A stretch of DNA of 24,000 nt from Paeniglutamicibacter sp. NPDC091659. GTDB lineage: Bacteria; Actinomycetota; Actinomycetes; Actinomycetales; Micrococcaceae. Where the stretch lies: assembly GCF_044756805.1 (NCBI RefSeq), contig NZ_JBIVTO010000001.1, positions 300,011 to 324,010 on the forward strand, given 5' to 3'. A program made the translations under genes and the position numbers. The notes under the pieces are model-generated. The model did not search any database, was not told where the DNA came from, and was given only the letters and a program-made list of their open reading frames with translations. This document shows, in pieces, positions 16,856 through 24,000 of the stretch (position 1 is its first letter; every line of letters begins with the position of its first letter).

Positions 16856-18664
16856 GTGAACTTCACTACTCGCCCTGAACTGGCCGGTACCTTTGGCATG
16901 GTGTCGTCGACCCATTGGTTGGCGTCGCAAGTAGGCATGGGAATACTTGAGCGCGGCGGAAATGCGTTCGACGCTGCAACTGCTTCTGGATTTGCCCTTC
17001 AAGTAGTTGAGCCGCACCAGAACGGCCCCGGCGGAGATCTCCCGCTGATCTTTGCCAAGGCAGGTGAGCGCAAGCCGGTCGTGCTTTGCGCTCAAGGGCC
17101 GGCTCCTGCCGGAGCCACCCTCGAGGCCTTTGCGGAGCTGGACATCGACATGGTGCCCGGGACGGGGCTTCTGGCAGCCGCGATACCGGGCGCCACACTG
17201 GGGTGGCTGACATTCCTGAAAGACCACGGAACATTCAGCCTCAAAGAGGTATTGGACGCCGCGATCGGATACGCGAAAAACGGATACCCGGCGACTTCCA
17301 AGGTCGTGGAGTACATCGGACGCATGGCGCCGCTTTTCACGACGCATTGGGGCCCATCGGCCGAGGTATACCTGCCGAACGGGGAAGTGCCGACCGTTGG
17401 GCAGCTCCTGACCAATCCCGCGCTGGCGCAGACCTACCAGCGGCTGGTCGATGTTGAATCCGCGGCGCTTGGCAGCGGTGCCACGCGAGATGCGGCTCTT
17501 GAAGCCGTGATCGATGAATGGACTTGTGGATTCGTAGCAGAGGCCATCGACGGGTTTGCAAAGACTTCGTGGAGGGACTCGACGGGAGAAGACCACCGAG
17601 GTTTCATCACCAAGGACGACATCGGGAAATGGCGACCACACTACGAGGCCCCGGTTACCGCCGATTTCGGCGGTGTCACGGTCTGCAAGGTCGGCTTCTG
17701 GAGCCAGGGTCCCGTTTTCCTGCAGCAGTTGTCATTGCTGGAGGGTCTGGATGTTGTTCCCGGCACGGCCGACGGGATTCACAAGATCCTGGAAGCAACG
17801 AAGCTTGCCTTTGCGGACAGGGACGCCTGGTACGGGGACGTTCCAGACGTTCCCGCTGCGGCGCTCCTTTCTGCGAACTATGCCGACGAGCGTCGGGCAC
17901 TCATTGGCGAAAACGCATCCCACGAAATTCGCCCGGGCTCGCCCGATGGCCGGGAGCCGCGGATGCCTCGTCTCGAGACGAAAGCCGACTTCGATCCAAC
18001 CGGCCTGAGCGGCGTGGGTGAACCGAACGCAGTGGCCGCCGCCTTGGATTCCGGTCCGAAGGCAAACGGCGAGGCACGTACGGATACCGTCCATGTTGAC
18101 GTGGTCGACCGGTGGGGAAACATGGTTTCGGCCATGCCCAGCGGGGGATGGCTGCACTCGTCTCCGGTGATTCCGGAACTCGGGTTCCCACTGGGAACCA
18201 GGTTGCAAATGGCCTGGCTCGAAGAAGACCTCCCCAACGTGTTGGCTCCTGGCAAGCGACCTCGAACGACGCTTTCCCCGACGCTGATTCTCAAGGACGG
18301 TGAACCGACCATGGCCTTCGGGTCTCCGGGCGGAGACCAACAGGACCAGTGGCAACTTCACTTCTTGCTGAACTATCTCCTGGGCGGCATGAACCTCCAA
18401 GAGGCCATCGATGCTCCGGCATTCCACAGCACGCACTTCCCGAGTTCCTTCTTCCCGCATGAGCACCAACTAGGCGTGGTTCTCATCGAGGAAAGGATCG
18501 GCGAGACGGTCATTGAAGCGCTTCAGTCGCGTGGCCATATTGTCGGGAAGGCAGGCAGCTGGGAGATCGGCCGCATGTGTGCGGTGTCGCGAGACCCCAA
18601 GACCGGCGTGCTCAAGGCAGCCGCCAATGCGCGGGGCATGCAGGGATACGCGGTCGGACGATGA
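16856..18664 (+). CDS. gamma-glutamyltransferase-family Ntn hydrolase, apparently cytoplasmic (no signal peptide)
   Basis: GMVSSTHWLASQVGMGILERGGNAFDAATA..., candidate nucleophile Thr region RTDTVHVDVVDRWGNMVS, SPGGDQQ. GTG start at 16856 keeps the TRPEL..GMV N-terminus that I recall as typical of this family. Confidence 0.88.
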   Translation: MNFTTRPELAGTFGMVSSTHWLASQVGMGILERGGNAFDAATASGFALQVVEPHQNGPGGDLPLIFAKAGERKPVVLCAQGPAPAGATLEAFAELDIDMVPGTGLLAAAIPGATLGWLTFLKDHGTFSLKEVLDAAIGYAKNGYPATSKVVEYIGRMAPLFTTHWGPSAEVYLPNGEVPTVGQLLTNPALAQTYQRLVDVESAALGSGATRDAALEAVIDEWTCGFVAEAIDGFAKTSWRDSTGEDHRGFITKDDIGKWRPHYEAPVTADFGGVTVCKVGFWSQGPVFLQQLSLLEGLDVVPGTADGIHKILEATKLAFADRDAWYGDVPDVPAAALLSANYADERRALIGENASHEIRPGSPDGREPRMPRLETKADFDPTGLSGVGEPNAVAAALDSGPKANGEARTDTVHVDVVDRWGNMVSAMPSGGWLHSSPVIPELGFPLGTRLQMAWLEEDLPNVLAPGKRPRTTLSPTLILKDGEPTMAFGSPGGDQQDQWQLHFLLNYLLGGMNLQEAIDAPAFHSTHFPSSFFPHEHQLGVVLIEERIGETVIEALQSRGHIVGKAGSWEIGRMCAVSRDPKTGVLKAAANARGMQGYAVGR

Positions 18665-19407
18665 CTTCAATTGTTGGTGAGGAAACGAAAACAGACCCTT
18701 CGAATCGACTCCGAAAAAGTCGCCCGCGCATATCGGAGGCAAAGCTACTCACCTGGCTGATGCTGGCCATGACGTTCTCGACCGGAATTATCGATGCCGT
18801 CGGTTACCTGGGGCTGGATCGAGTGTTTACCGGCAACATGACCGGAAACGTCGTGATCCTGGGAATGGCTTTGTCCGGGACCACGGACTTGCCCGTGCTT
18901 GGTCCTGCCATGGCGCTGGTTCTCTATTTCTTGGGCGCTGTTGTTGGTGGCCGGCTGTTGCGGGGGCATCGCGAAGGTTGGACGTCTGCAACTACGACAA
19001 TTTTCGGCCTAGTGTCGGCGATGCTGCTGGCCTGTGCCATCTTCACGATGGTGGTCCCACTGAGGGCAATCCCGCATTCGGCCGTTGCCCTGGCAGCCGT
19101 TCTGGGGTTCGTCATGGGCGCCCAAGCCGCTGCTGCCCGGCAGGTCAAAATCGCTGATGTCACAACGGTAGTGGTGACCTCGACGATCACCGGCTTGGCC
19201 GCAGACTCATGGTTCGGAGCCAGGCTAAAACAAGATTGGGTGAAGCGCCTGACGGCCGTTCTGCTCATCTTGCTCGGAGCTTTGTGCGGAGCCTTCCTGC
19301 TTCCATATGGAATGTGGATTCCGATCTTGGCTTCGGCCTGTTTGTCGATCGCTGTGACCTTTATTGGCGAGAAGCGAAGAAGGGCTGAGAGAAGCATGGC
19401 CGTCTGA
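18661..19407 (+). CDS. YoaK/DUF1275-family membrane protein
   Basis: LTWLMLAMTFSTGIIDAVGYLGLDRVFTGNMTGNVVILG...VVTSTITGLA matches the DUF1275 pattern. The start ATG overlaps the GGT stop (ATGA at 18661-18664). Confidence 0.8.
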   Translation: MTSIVGEETKTDPSNRLRKSRPRISEAKLLTWLMLAMTFSTGIIDAVGYLGLDRVFTGNMTGNVVILGMALSGTTDLPVLGPAMALVLYFLGAVVGGRLLRGHREGWTSATTTIFGLVSAMLLACAIFTMVVPLRAIPHSAVALAAVLGFVMGAQAAAARQVKIADVTTVVVTSTITGLAADSWFGARLKQDWVKRLTAVLLILLGALCGAFLLPYGMWIPILASACLSIAVTFIGEKRRRAERSMAV

Positions 19408-19469
19408 GCACTGCAACGCTCGAGGATGAACTTGATCAACTAGCGGGGGATTTCTACCGGCTTGTTGAA

Positions 19470-19521
19470 CGTCGTCGTCTGGTACCCGGCGGTCATCGCC
19501 TGCGGGTACCAGACGACGACG
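19470..19521. repeat. 19-bp perfect inverted repeat with 14-nt spacer (possible U-tract-less terminator of yoaK, or a regulatory hairpin)
   Basis: CGTCGTCGTCTGGTACCCG (19470-19488) and its exact reverse complement (19503-19521). Lies 63 nt downstream of the YoaK stop. Confidence 0.5.
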
Positions 19522-19738
19522 CGCGAACTCCGCTCGACTTTCAGGAAACCGGCGCTGAATCAGAACGAAGACCCATGCGCGACTACCCGGCGACGGTTGC
19601 GGAGATGCAGGTCAACTTGGTGCGATTGACGAGCGCCGGTGCGGCCCGGGAGGGTATCCCGGCGCGCGGCGAGGAAACCCATGACTTTACCCAGGATGCG
19701 TCGAGGGAGGGCAAGCTCGTCGAGTAGGCCTTGACGCC

Positions 19739-19777
19739 AACAGCAGGGGAGTCAGCGGCGCTGACTCCCCTGCTGTT
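19739..19777. terminator. 18-bp-stem hairpin between convergent transcription units (putative bidirectional terminator)
   Basis: 19739-19756 pairs perfectly with 19760-19777 around a 3-nt loop. On the + strand the last stem bases (19776-19777) plus T19778 form a TTT run, followed by AC. Lies 46 nt downstream of the minus-strand gene stop at 19824. Confidence 0.6.
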
Positions 19778-19823
19778 TACTGCGTCGTCGGTGCTGACAA
19801 CAGCTTTGAGAGTTCCCAGCTTC

Positions 19824-20600
19824 TCAGGGCGAAAGTAGGCGGCCCCAGCGGCGATCCAGCAGTGGAGCCTCGGCCAAAAGCAGGGAATGCCAGAGGGTGA
19901 CGGCCACCGAATCCAGCACGGGGATTCCGAACTGTTCCTCGAGCCGGCTGACCGCCGGAGCACCATAGAGGTTCGTGCACAGGTAGATCAAGGCGTCGGG
20001 TTTCTGCAGGAGCAGCTCTTGCGAATACGGCACAAGCTGTTCGGCATCCAGCCGAGCGAACGATTCGTTGTCGCTCAGGGAATAGTGGCGCTCACCCCGC
20101 ACCGAAATCCCCGATGCGGCATAGCTTTGGGTGATCCGTTCGTTGACATCCTTTGTGTAAGGGGTCAGCAGCCCGATGGATGACAAATTGAATCTTTCAA
20201 ATGCTTCGAAGTAGGCCAGCGTGCTGGTGGTTGCCGGTATCCCGGTATTCCGGGTGATGACATCGGTGATCCGGCGGTCGTGGTCCGCGCCGAGCCAAGA
20301 TCCGCTGGTTCCGTTCCACGCAATGACATCGACCTGCGCCGTGGCCAAGAGCTCGGCGGCTCGCGCCATGGAGTCGGCGTCAAATTGATTGTTGGACGCG
20401 GAATCCAGGGCGATTCTTGTCACAGGTATCCGGGTGCTGTGCATCGTGACATCTTCACGATCGCCCAGCATTCGGTAACTCTGTGGCTCGAGGCAAGTGT
20501 TTGAGGACGGAACGATCATGCCCAACCGAATGGGGCGGGTCGAGGCCGGACCACTGACCCGGGTTGCCTGTGATGCTGCTTGGGGTGTGTATGTACTCAT
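19824..20600 (-). CDS. Asp/Glu-racemase-superfamily protein of the maleate-isomerase/arylmalonate-decarboxylase branch (single-Cys, AMDase-like)
   Basis: IRLGMIVPSSNTCLEPQ (as in maleate isomerase IVPSSNT), WNGTSGSW where isomerases have the first catalytic Cys (AMDase has MGTSLSF), LLTPYTKDVNERI, and one conserved Cys in LIYLCTNL. GAAGGGGA RBS. Confidence 0.75.
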   Translation of the reverse strand: MSTYTPQAASQATRVSGPASTRPIRLGMIVPSSNTCLEPQSYRMLGDREDVTMHSTRIPVTRIALDSASNNQFDADSMARAAELLATAQVDVIAWNGTSGSWLGADHDRRITDVITRNTGIPATTSTLAYFEAFERFNLSSIGLLTPYTKDVNERITQSYAASGISVRGERHYSLSDNESFARLDAEQLVPYSQELLLQKPDALIYLCTNLYGAPAVSRLEEQFGIPVLDSVAVTLWHSLLLAEAPLLDRRWGRLLSP

Positions 20601-20630
20601 GATTCCCCTTCTGATTTGAGGGTCGTTCTT

Positions 20631-22058
20631 CTAACTGACTTGCTGAAAGTGCGGAGCGCCTAGCGCCGGCCAACGTAATGCCTCGGAAAAAGGTTCCTGC
20701 GCCAGGACTCGGCCCACTGCGCCGGGATCGGTGAACCCCTTCCTGTCGAGGACCACGGTTCCGGACCGCAACACCGTGTGCGGCCACCCTCGCAAGGTGA
20801 TGCCCTCGAACGGCGTGAAATCGGTGCCCATATGCAAATCCGCTCCGGCCACTTGCTTCCGGACCGTTGGGTCGATCAGCACCACATCGGCATCGAATCC
20901 AGGAGCGATTGCCCCCTTCCCGCGCAAGGCATTGAGCCGCGCCGGCGCGGTTGAAAATACGGAAACGAACCTTTCCAAGCCTTCCAGGTTCTCGTCCACC
21001 ATGTGGCTGAAGGTGACAGGCAATCGGGTTTCCACACCGGGTAAACCATGTGGCATGAGCCTGATGTCTTCGGTATGCTCGCGCTTCTGCTCAAGGTCGT
21101 AGCAGGAATGGTCGGAAGCCACGGTATCGATTTTGCCGGCGTTCAAAGATTCCCGCAGCGCGAGCATGGTTTCCCTGTCGCGCATGGGGGGACAACACGC
21201 GTAGTACTCAGGCAACGGACCTGCGTAAACACTGTCGTCCAAAGCCACATAGTGGGGGCAGGTTTCCGAATAGGCTTGAACGCCTTGGGATTTGGCGGCA
21301 AAGACCAGGTCGACGGCGTCCGGGGTGGACAAATGAACGAAGTAAACGGCCGCCCCCGTGTATTCGGCCATGGACAGGACCTCCTTGACCGAAGCTTCTT
21401 CCGCGAGTTGCGGCCGGGTGGCGGGCAAATGCTCGATGCCGATGCGGCCATCGGCGGCATGACGCTCGGTGCAGTCGACGATGATTCCATCGTGTTCTGC
21501 ATGCACGTAGGCCAAGCCATCCAACCGGGCCATCTCATGCAGGACGCGGATCATGGTGTCGGGGTCGGCCATGGTGGTGCCGCGGTTGGTCGCGTAGAGC
21601 TTGACGGAACGGATGCCCCAGTCCGCCATGATCTCGAGCTGCGTGGGGACACTTTCGTCCCAAGCGACCACGGAAGCATGAAGTGCCACGTCGCAGCGCG
21701 CCTGGTCGACGAGCGACAACTTGTATTCGGCCGCCTGCAGGGGAGTTTGGGAGGCATTGGCAGGAATGCCGAAGTCCAACACCGTGGTGGTGCCGCCGGC
21801 CAGGGCAGCGCGCGTTGCTGTCGCGTAGTCGTCCTTCGAGTGGTAGGCACCCGTTTGCTGGGCTATGTGGCAATGGCCATCCACGCCGCCGGGAAGGACA
21901 AGCAGCCCGGTGGCATCAATGACGCGATCCGCTTCGGGTACCGGAGCAGAGCCCCCGATGACTTCTGTGACCAGCCCGCCGTTCACGACCACATGCGCGT
22001 GTTTCCGCCCCGTTGCGTTGACGACGAGTCCGTTGGCAATAACCAGATCGTTGTTCAT
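20631..22058 (-). CDS. cyclic amidohydrolase of the D-hydantoinase/dihydropyrimidinase family
   Basis: PGGVDGHCHI (HxH), SVKLY (Lys at the carbamylated-lysine position), VHAEH, YFVHLS and ASDHS (Asp) give a complete binuclear-metal ligand set. Length 475 aa. The start overlaps the upstream stop (ATGA at 22055-22058). Confidence 0.88.
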   Translation of the reverse strand: MNNDLVIANGLVVNATGRKHAHVVVNGGLVTEVIGGSAPVPEADRVIDATGLLVLPGGVDGHCHIAQQTGAYHSKDDYATATRAALAGGTTTVLDFGIPANASQTPLQAAEYKLSLVDQARCDVALHASVVAWDESVPTQLEIMADWGIRSVKLYATNRGTTMADPDTMIRVLHEMARLDGLAYVHAEHDGIIVDCTERHAADGRIGIEHLPATRPQLAEEASVKEVLSMAEYTGAAVYFVHLSTPDAVDLVFAAKSQGVQAYSETCPHYVALDDSVYAGPLPEYYACCPPMRDRETMLALRESLNAGKIDTVASDHSCYDLEQKREHTEDIRLMPHGLPGVETRLPVTFSHMVDENLEGLERFVSVFSTAPARLNALRGKGAIAPGFDADVVLIDPTVRKQVAGADLHMGTDFTPFEGITLRGWPHTVLRSGTVVLDRKGFTDPGAVGRVLAQEPFSEALRWPALGAPHFQQVS

Positions 22059-22825
22059 GAATTCGCCTCTTGTCGGTCACCCTGTTGCAGGTTGGAAAGT
22101 TGGGCATCGACAGCCGAAGAAAGTCCGCGGCGGTCCTTGAGTGGGGGAGGCGCGCAGGAACCGCTGCGGTGGGTTCCGGTTTGCATCCCGGCGATGGCTT
22201 CGGCCAGCCGCACACCGGAACCGATGCCGTCGACCACGGGAACGGGGATCCTATCGCGTACCTGCCGGGCAAGGCCGGCAAGCGGCGCACCAGCCAGGAT
22301 GATGACGTCCGCGCCATCCTCGGTGACCGCGCGGTTTGCCAATTCCACGAGTATCTCCGCGTGGTCTTCCTGCACCGAACCGATGGCGCGCAGCGGGTCG
22401 GTGAGTGAATGGATCGAGGCCAAGCGGGAAGCGTAGCCGTTGGATTCCACGCAATCGCGGTACCATGCGGTGATGCGAGCGGAGATCGCGATGATGGAGA
22501 ACCGTGTGCCAAGCAGGGACGCGGCAGCGAACGCAGCCTCTGTAATCCCGATCACCGGCACCCGGCTGAACTCCTTCAGTGCCGGCAGTCCGGGGTCCCC
22601 GAAGGCGGCGACAACTATGGCATCCGCGCCGGGGTTTTGGGCGATGACTTCGGCCACGGCCGGGCCGGCGAGCATCGACTCAAAGCGGGTTTCGATGTAC
22701 TGCATTCCGTATCCGGCGGTTCGCACCACCAGTTCAGTATCCGGGGACTTGCTGCGCAGGGCCTCGGCGGCGATCAGCTCGGTGACGTCCTCGGAAATGT
22801 TGGGGTTGATGATCAGTAGTCTCAT
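22055..22825 (-). CDS. Asp/Glu/hydantoin-racemase-family protein (HyuE/allantoin-racemase-like) lacking both canonical catalytic cysteines
   Basis: MRLLIINPN..., AIVVAAFGDPGLPALKE..VPVIGITEAA and DVIILAGAPLAGLA...PVPVVDGIGSGVRLAEA align with hydantoin-racemase motifs I-A-C-x-G-D-P-G-L and L-G-C-A-G-M. Ala and Gly sit where the Cys residues are expected. Confidence 0.8.
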   Translation of the reverse strand: MRLLIINPNISEDVTELIAAEALRSKSPDTELVVRTAGYGMQYIETRFESMLAGPAVAEVIAQNPGADAIVVAAFGDPGLPALKEFSRVPVIGITEAAFAAASLLGTRFSIIAISARITAWYRDCVESNGYASRLASIHSLTDPLRAIGSVQEDHAEILVELANRAVTEDGADVIILAGAPLAGLARQVRDRIPVPVVDGIGSGVRLAEAIAGMQTGTHRSGSCAPPPLKDRRGLSSAVDAQLSNLQQGDRQEANS

Positions 22826-23490
22826 GCTTTTCCTGGAATAGTGGTGGCCTGCAAGACCGGGAACTGGGCCCGGTACTTGGCGATGTGGTCAGCCGATTGC
22901 GTGGCGGCCCGCAGTGGGTCGCCACTGGCGATGGCCGCCAAGAGCAATCGATGTTCATTGATAAGTTCACCGAGGTCGTCGACGTGACGGAATAGCCAGT
23001 GCAGACGGCCCATCAACGGTTCCAGCGCCGCTCGCAGGGGGTCATTGTCCGCGATGGCGATGACGCGGTCATGGAACTCGTTGTTGGTGCGTTGGGCTTT
23101 GTCCAACCTGCCCGCGGCCAGCAGGGCGCTGGCCGCGTCAAGCAGTTCGGACAGTTCACTCAGCTGCTCGTCGGTTGCCCGCTCGGCGGCGAGCCGGCAG
23201 GCGAACACTTCGAGAGCCTCGCGCAGGTCAAACAGGTCACGCACATCCTTCTCGCTGAGTGTCGCCACCATGGAGCCGCGAGTGGATTTCTCCACCACGA
23301 GGCCCTCTTGGCGCAACATCCGCATGGCTTCCCGGACAGGAAGCCGCGAAACGCTGAATTCTGCTGCGAGTTCGCGTTCAACGAGTCGTGTTCCCGGTGC
23401 GTAGTAGCCCTCGAAAATTCGGTAACGCAAGGTATCTCGAACCTGCTCGCGGAGTGGTCGGGATTTGGTCGGATTCTCGTGGCTGTGCAT
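22822..23490 (-). CDS. GntR-family transcriptional regulator, FCD subfamily
   Basis: wHTH YAPGTRLVERELAAEFSVSRLPVREAMRMLRQEGLVV. FCD pattern NNEFHDRV, EHRLLLAAI, ADHI. AAGGAAGAG RBS. The stop overlaps the next gene start (ATGA at 22822-22825). Confidence 0.9.
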   Translation of the reverse strand: MHSHENPTKSRPLREQVRDTLRYRIFEGYYAPGTRLVERELAAEFSVSRLPVREAMRMLRQEGLVVEKSTRGSMVATLSEKDVRDLFDLREALEVFACRLAAERATDEQLSELSELLDAASALLAAGRLDKAQRTNNEFHDRVIAIADNDPLRAALEPLMGRLHWLFRHVDDLGELINEHRLLLAAIASGDPLRAATQSADHIAKYRAQFPVLQATTIPGKA

Positions 23491-23520
23491 GATCCCTGCT
23501 CTTCCTTGATGTGTTTGGTG

Positions 23521-24000
23521 CTAGATGGCCAGACGCTTGCTGTAATCGAGGGTGACGACCGCTACGCCCATGATCACTGCGGAAGCTACGAAGTAGAGCA
23601 GCGCCCAGGTGTAGCCGCCGGTGGCGCCCACAATCAGCCCGACCACGATGGGTGTCAGGAAGCCGGCAATGTTGCCGCTGAAGTTCATGGCGCCGCCCAA
23701 CAGGCCTGCGTTGGCCCGCCCGCCAAGGATTGCGGGGACGCTCCAGAACAGGCCAACCCAACGCAGGAAGAAGAGGACAACCGAGAGCATGATGACTGCG
23801 GTCACGGCCTCAGGAATCACCGTGGTGCCGATCAGGCCCAGCATGACCATTACCGCGGAGAAGCCGAGAAGCGAACGCATGACTTTGTTGGTTCCCAAGC
23901 CGCGAGCCTGCAACTTGTCAGCCAGGATGCCGCCCAAGATCTCGCCCACGAAGCCGGCACCGAAAATCACGAAGGTCGACCATCCGATTTCCTTCAGATC
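23521..24000 (-). CDS. MFS transporter, C-terminal part (gene continues beyond the right window edge)
   Basis: The frame is open to position 24000 (DLKEIGWSTFVIFGAGFVGEILGGILADKL...). Successive TM helices and the GxLxD pattern are typical of the second half of MFS proteins. Stop at 23521, 30 nt upstream of the GntR start. Confidence 0.8.
   Translation of the reverse strand, partial: DLKEIGWSTFVIFGAGFVGEILGGILADKLQARGLGTNKVMRSLLGFSAVMVMLGLIGTTVIPEAVTAVIMLSVVLFFLRWVGLFWSVPAILGGRANAGLLGGAMNFSGNIAGFLTPIVVGLIVGATGGYTWALLYFVASAVIMGVAVVTLDYSKRLAI

Noticed and set aside
16814-17641. 275-aa minus-strand ORF antisense to the GGT-family gene
   Set aside because: No recognisable domain. It is fully contained within a strongly supported plus-strand gene.
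19583-19966. 127-aa minus-strand ORF across the 3-prime end of the AMDase-like gene and the intergenic hairpin
   Set aside because: It overlaps the supported gene out of frame and runs through the terminator hairpin. Its Ser/Pro/Trp-rich translation has no motifs.
1-24000. Search for CRISPR arrays, tRNA/rRNA genes, IS elements, integrases, toxin-antitoxin pairs or a recognisable multi-gene anti-phage system
   Set aside because: None seen. There are no regularly spaced repeats, no tRNA-like T-loop or acceptor structures in the gaps, and no transposase or integrase-like translations. The only defence-flavoured genes (the HerA fragment and the Schlafen-like protein) are isolated and 4 kb apart, separated by housekeeping-type genes.

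Overview
High-GC, actinobacterial-type chromosomal window. I support about 22 protein-coding genes and see no rRNA, tRNA, CRISPR array, transposase or integrase.

Gene content, left to right:
- An N-terminally truncated HerA/DUF87-type ATPase remnant.
- A small membrane protein translationally coupled to a Kef-type cation:proton antiporter.
- D-serine ammonia-lyase (dsdA), a small cupin, and a Schlafen/AlbA_2 + HATPase_c_4 + wHTH protein (COG2865 type).
- An AT-rich intergenic island carrying a 34-bp perfect palindrome.
- A leucine/ketone-body cluster organised like M. tuberculosis Rv2498c-Rv2504c: TetR, methylcrotonyl-CoA carboxylase beta and alpha subunits, a CitE-like CoA-ester lyase, then scoA and scoB. 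A PLDc_N/SHOCT membrane gene sits between the lyase and scoA.
- A visibly lower-GC right half holding two GntR-associated accessory modules. The first is a divergent GntR next to an NRAMP-fold transporter (without the canonical metal-binding residues), a cytoplasmic gamma-glutamyltransferase-family hydrolase and a YoaK/DUF1275 protein. The second is an MFS transporter, GntR, a hydantoin-racemase-like protein lacking both catalytic cysteines, a hydantoinase-type amidohydrolase and an arylmalonate-decarboxylase-like protein.

The second GntR module is the best candidate for an undescribed, probably catabolic, system. I found no recognisable intact defence system. All functional calls rest on motif recognition by eye in the supplied translations; no searches were run.
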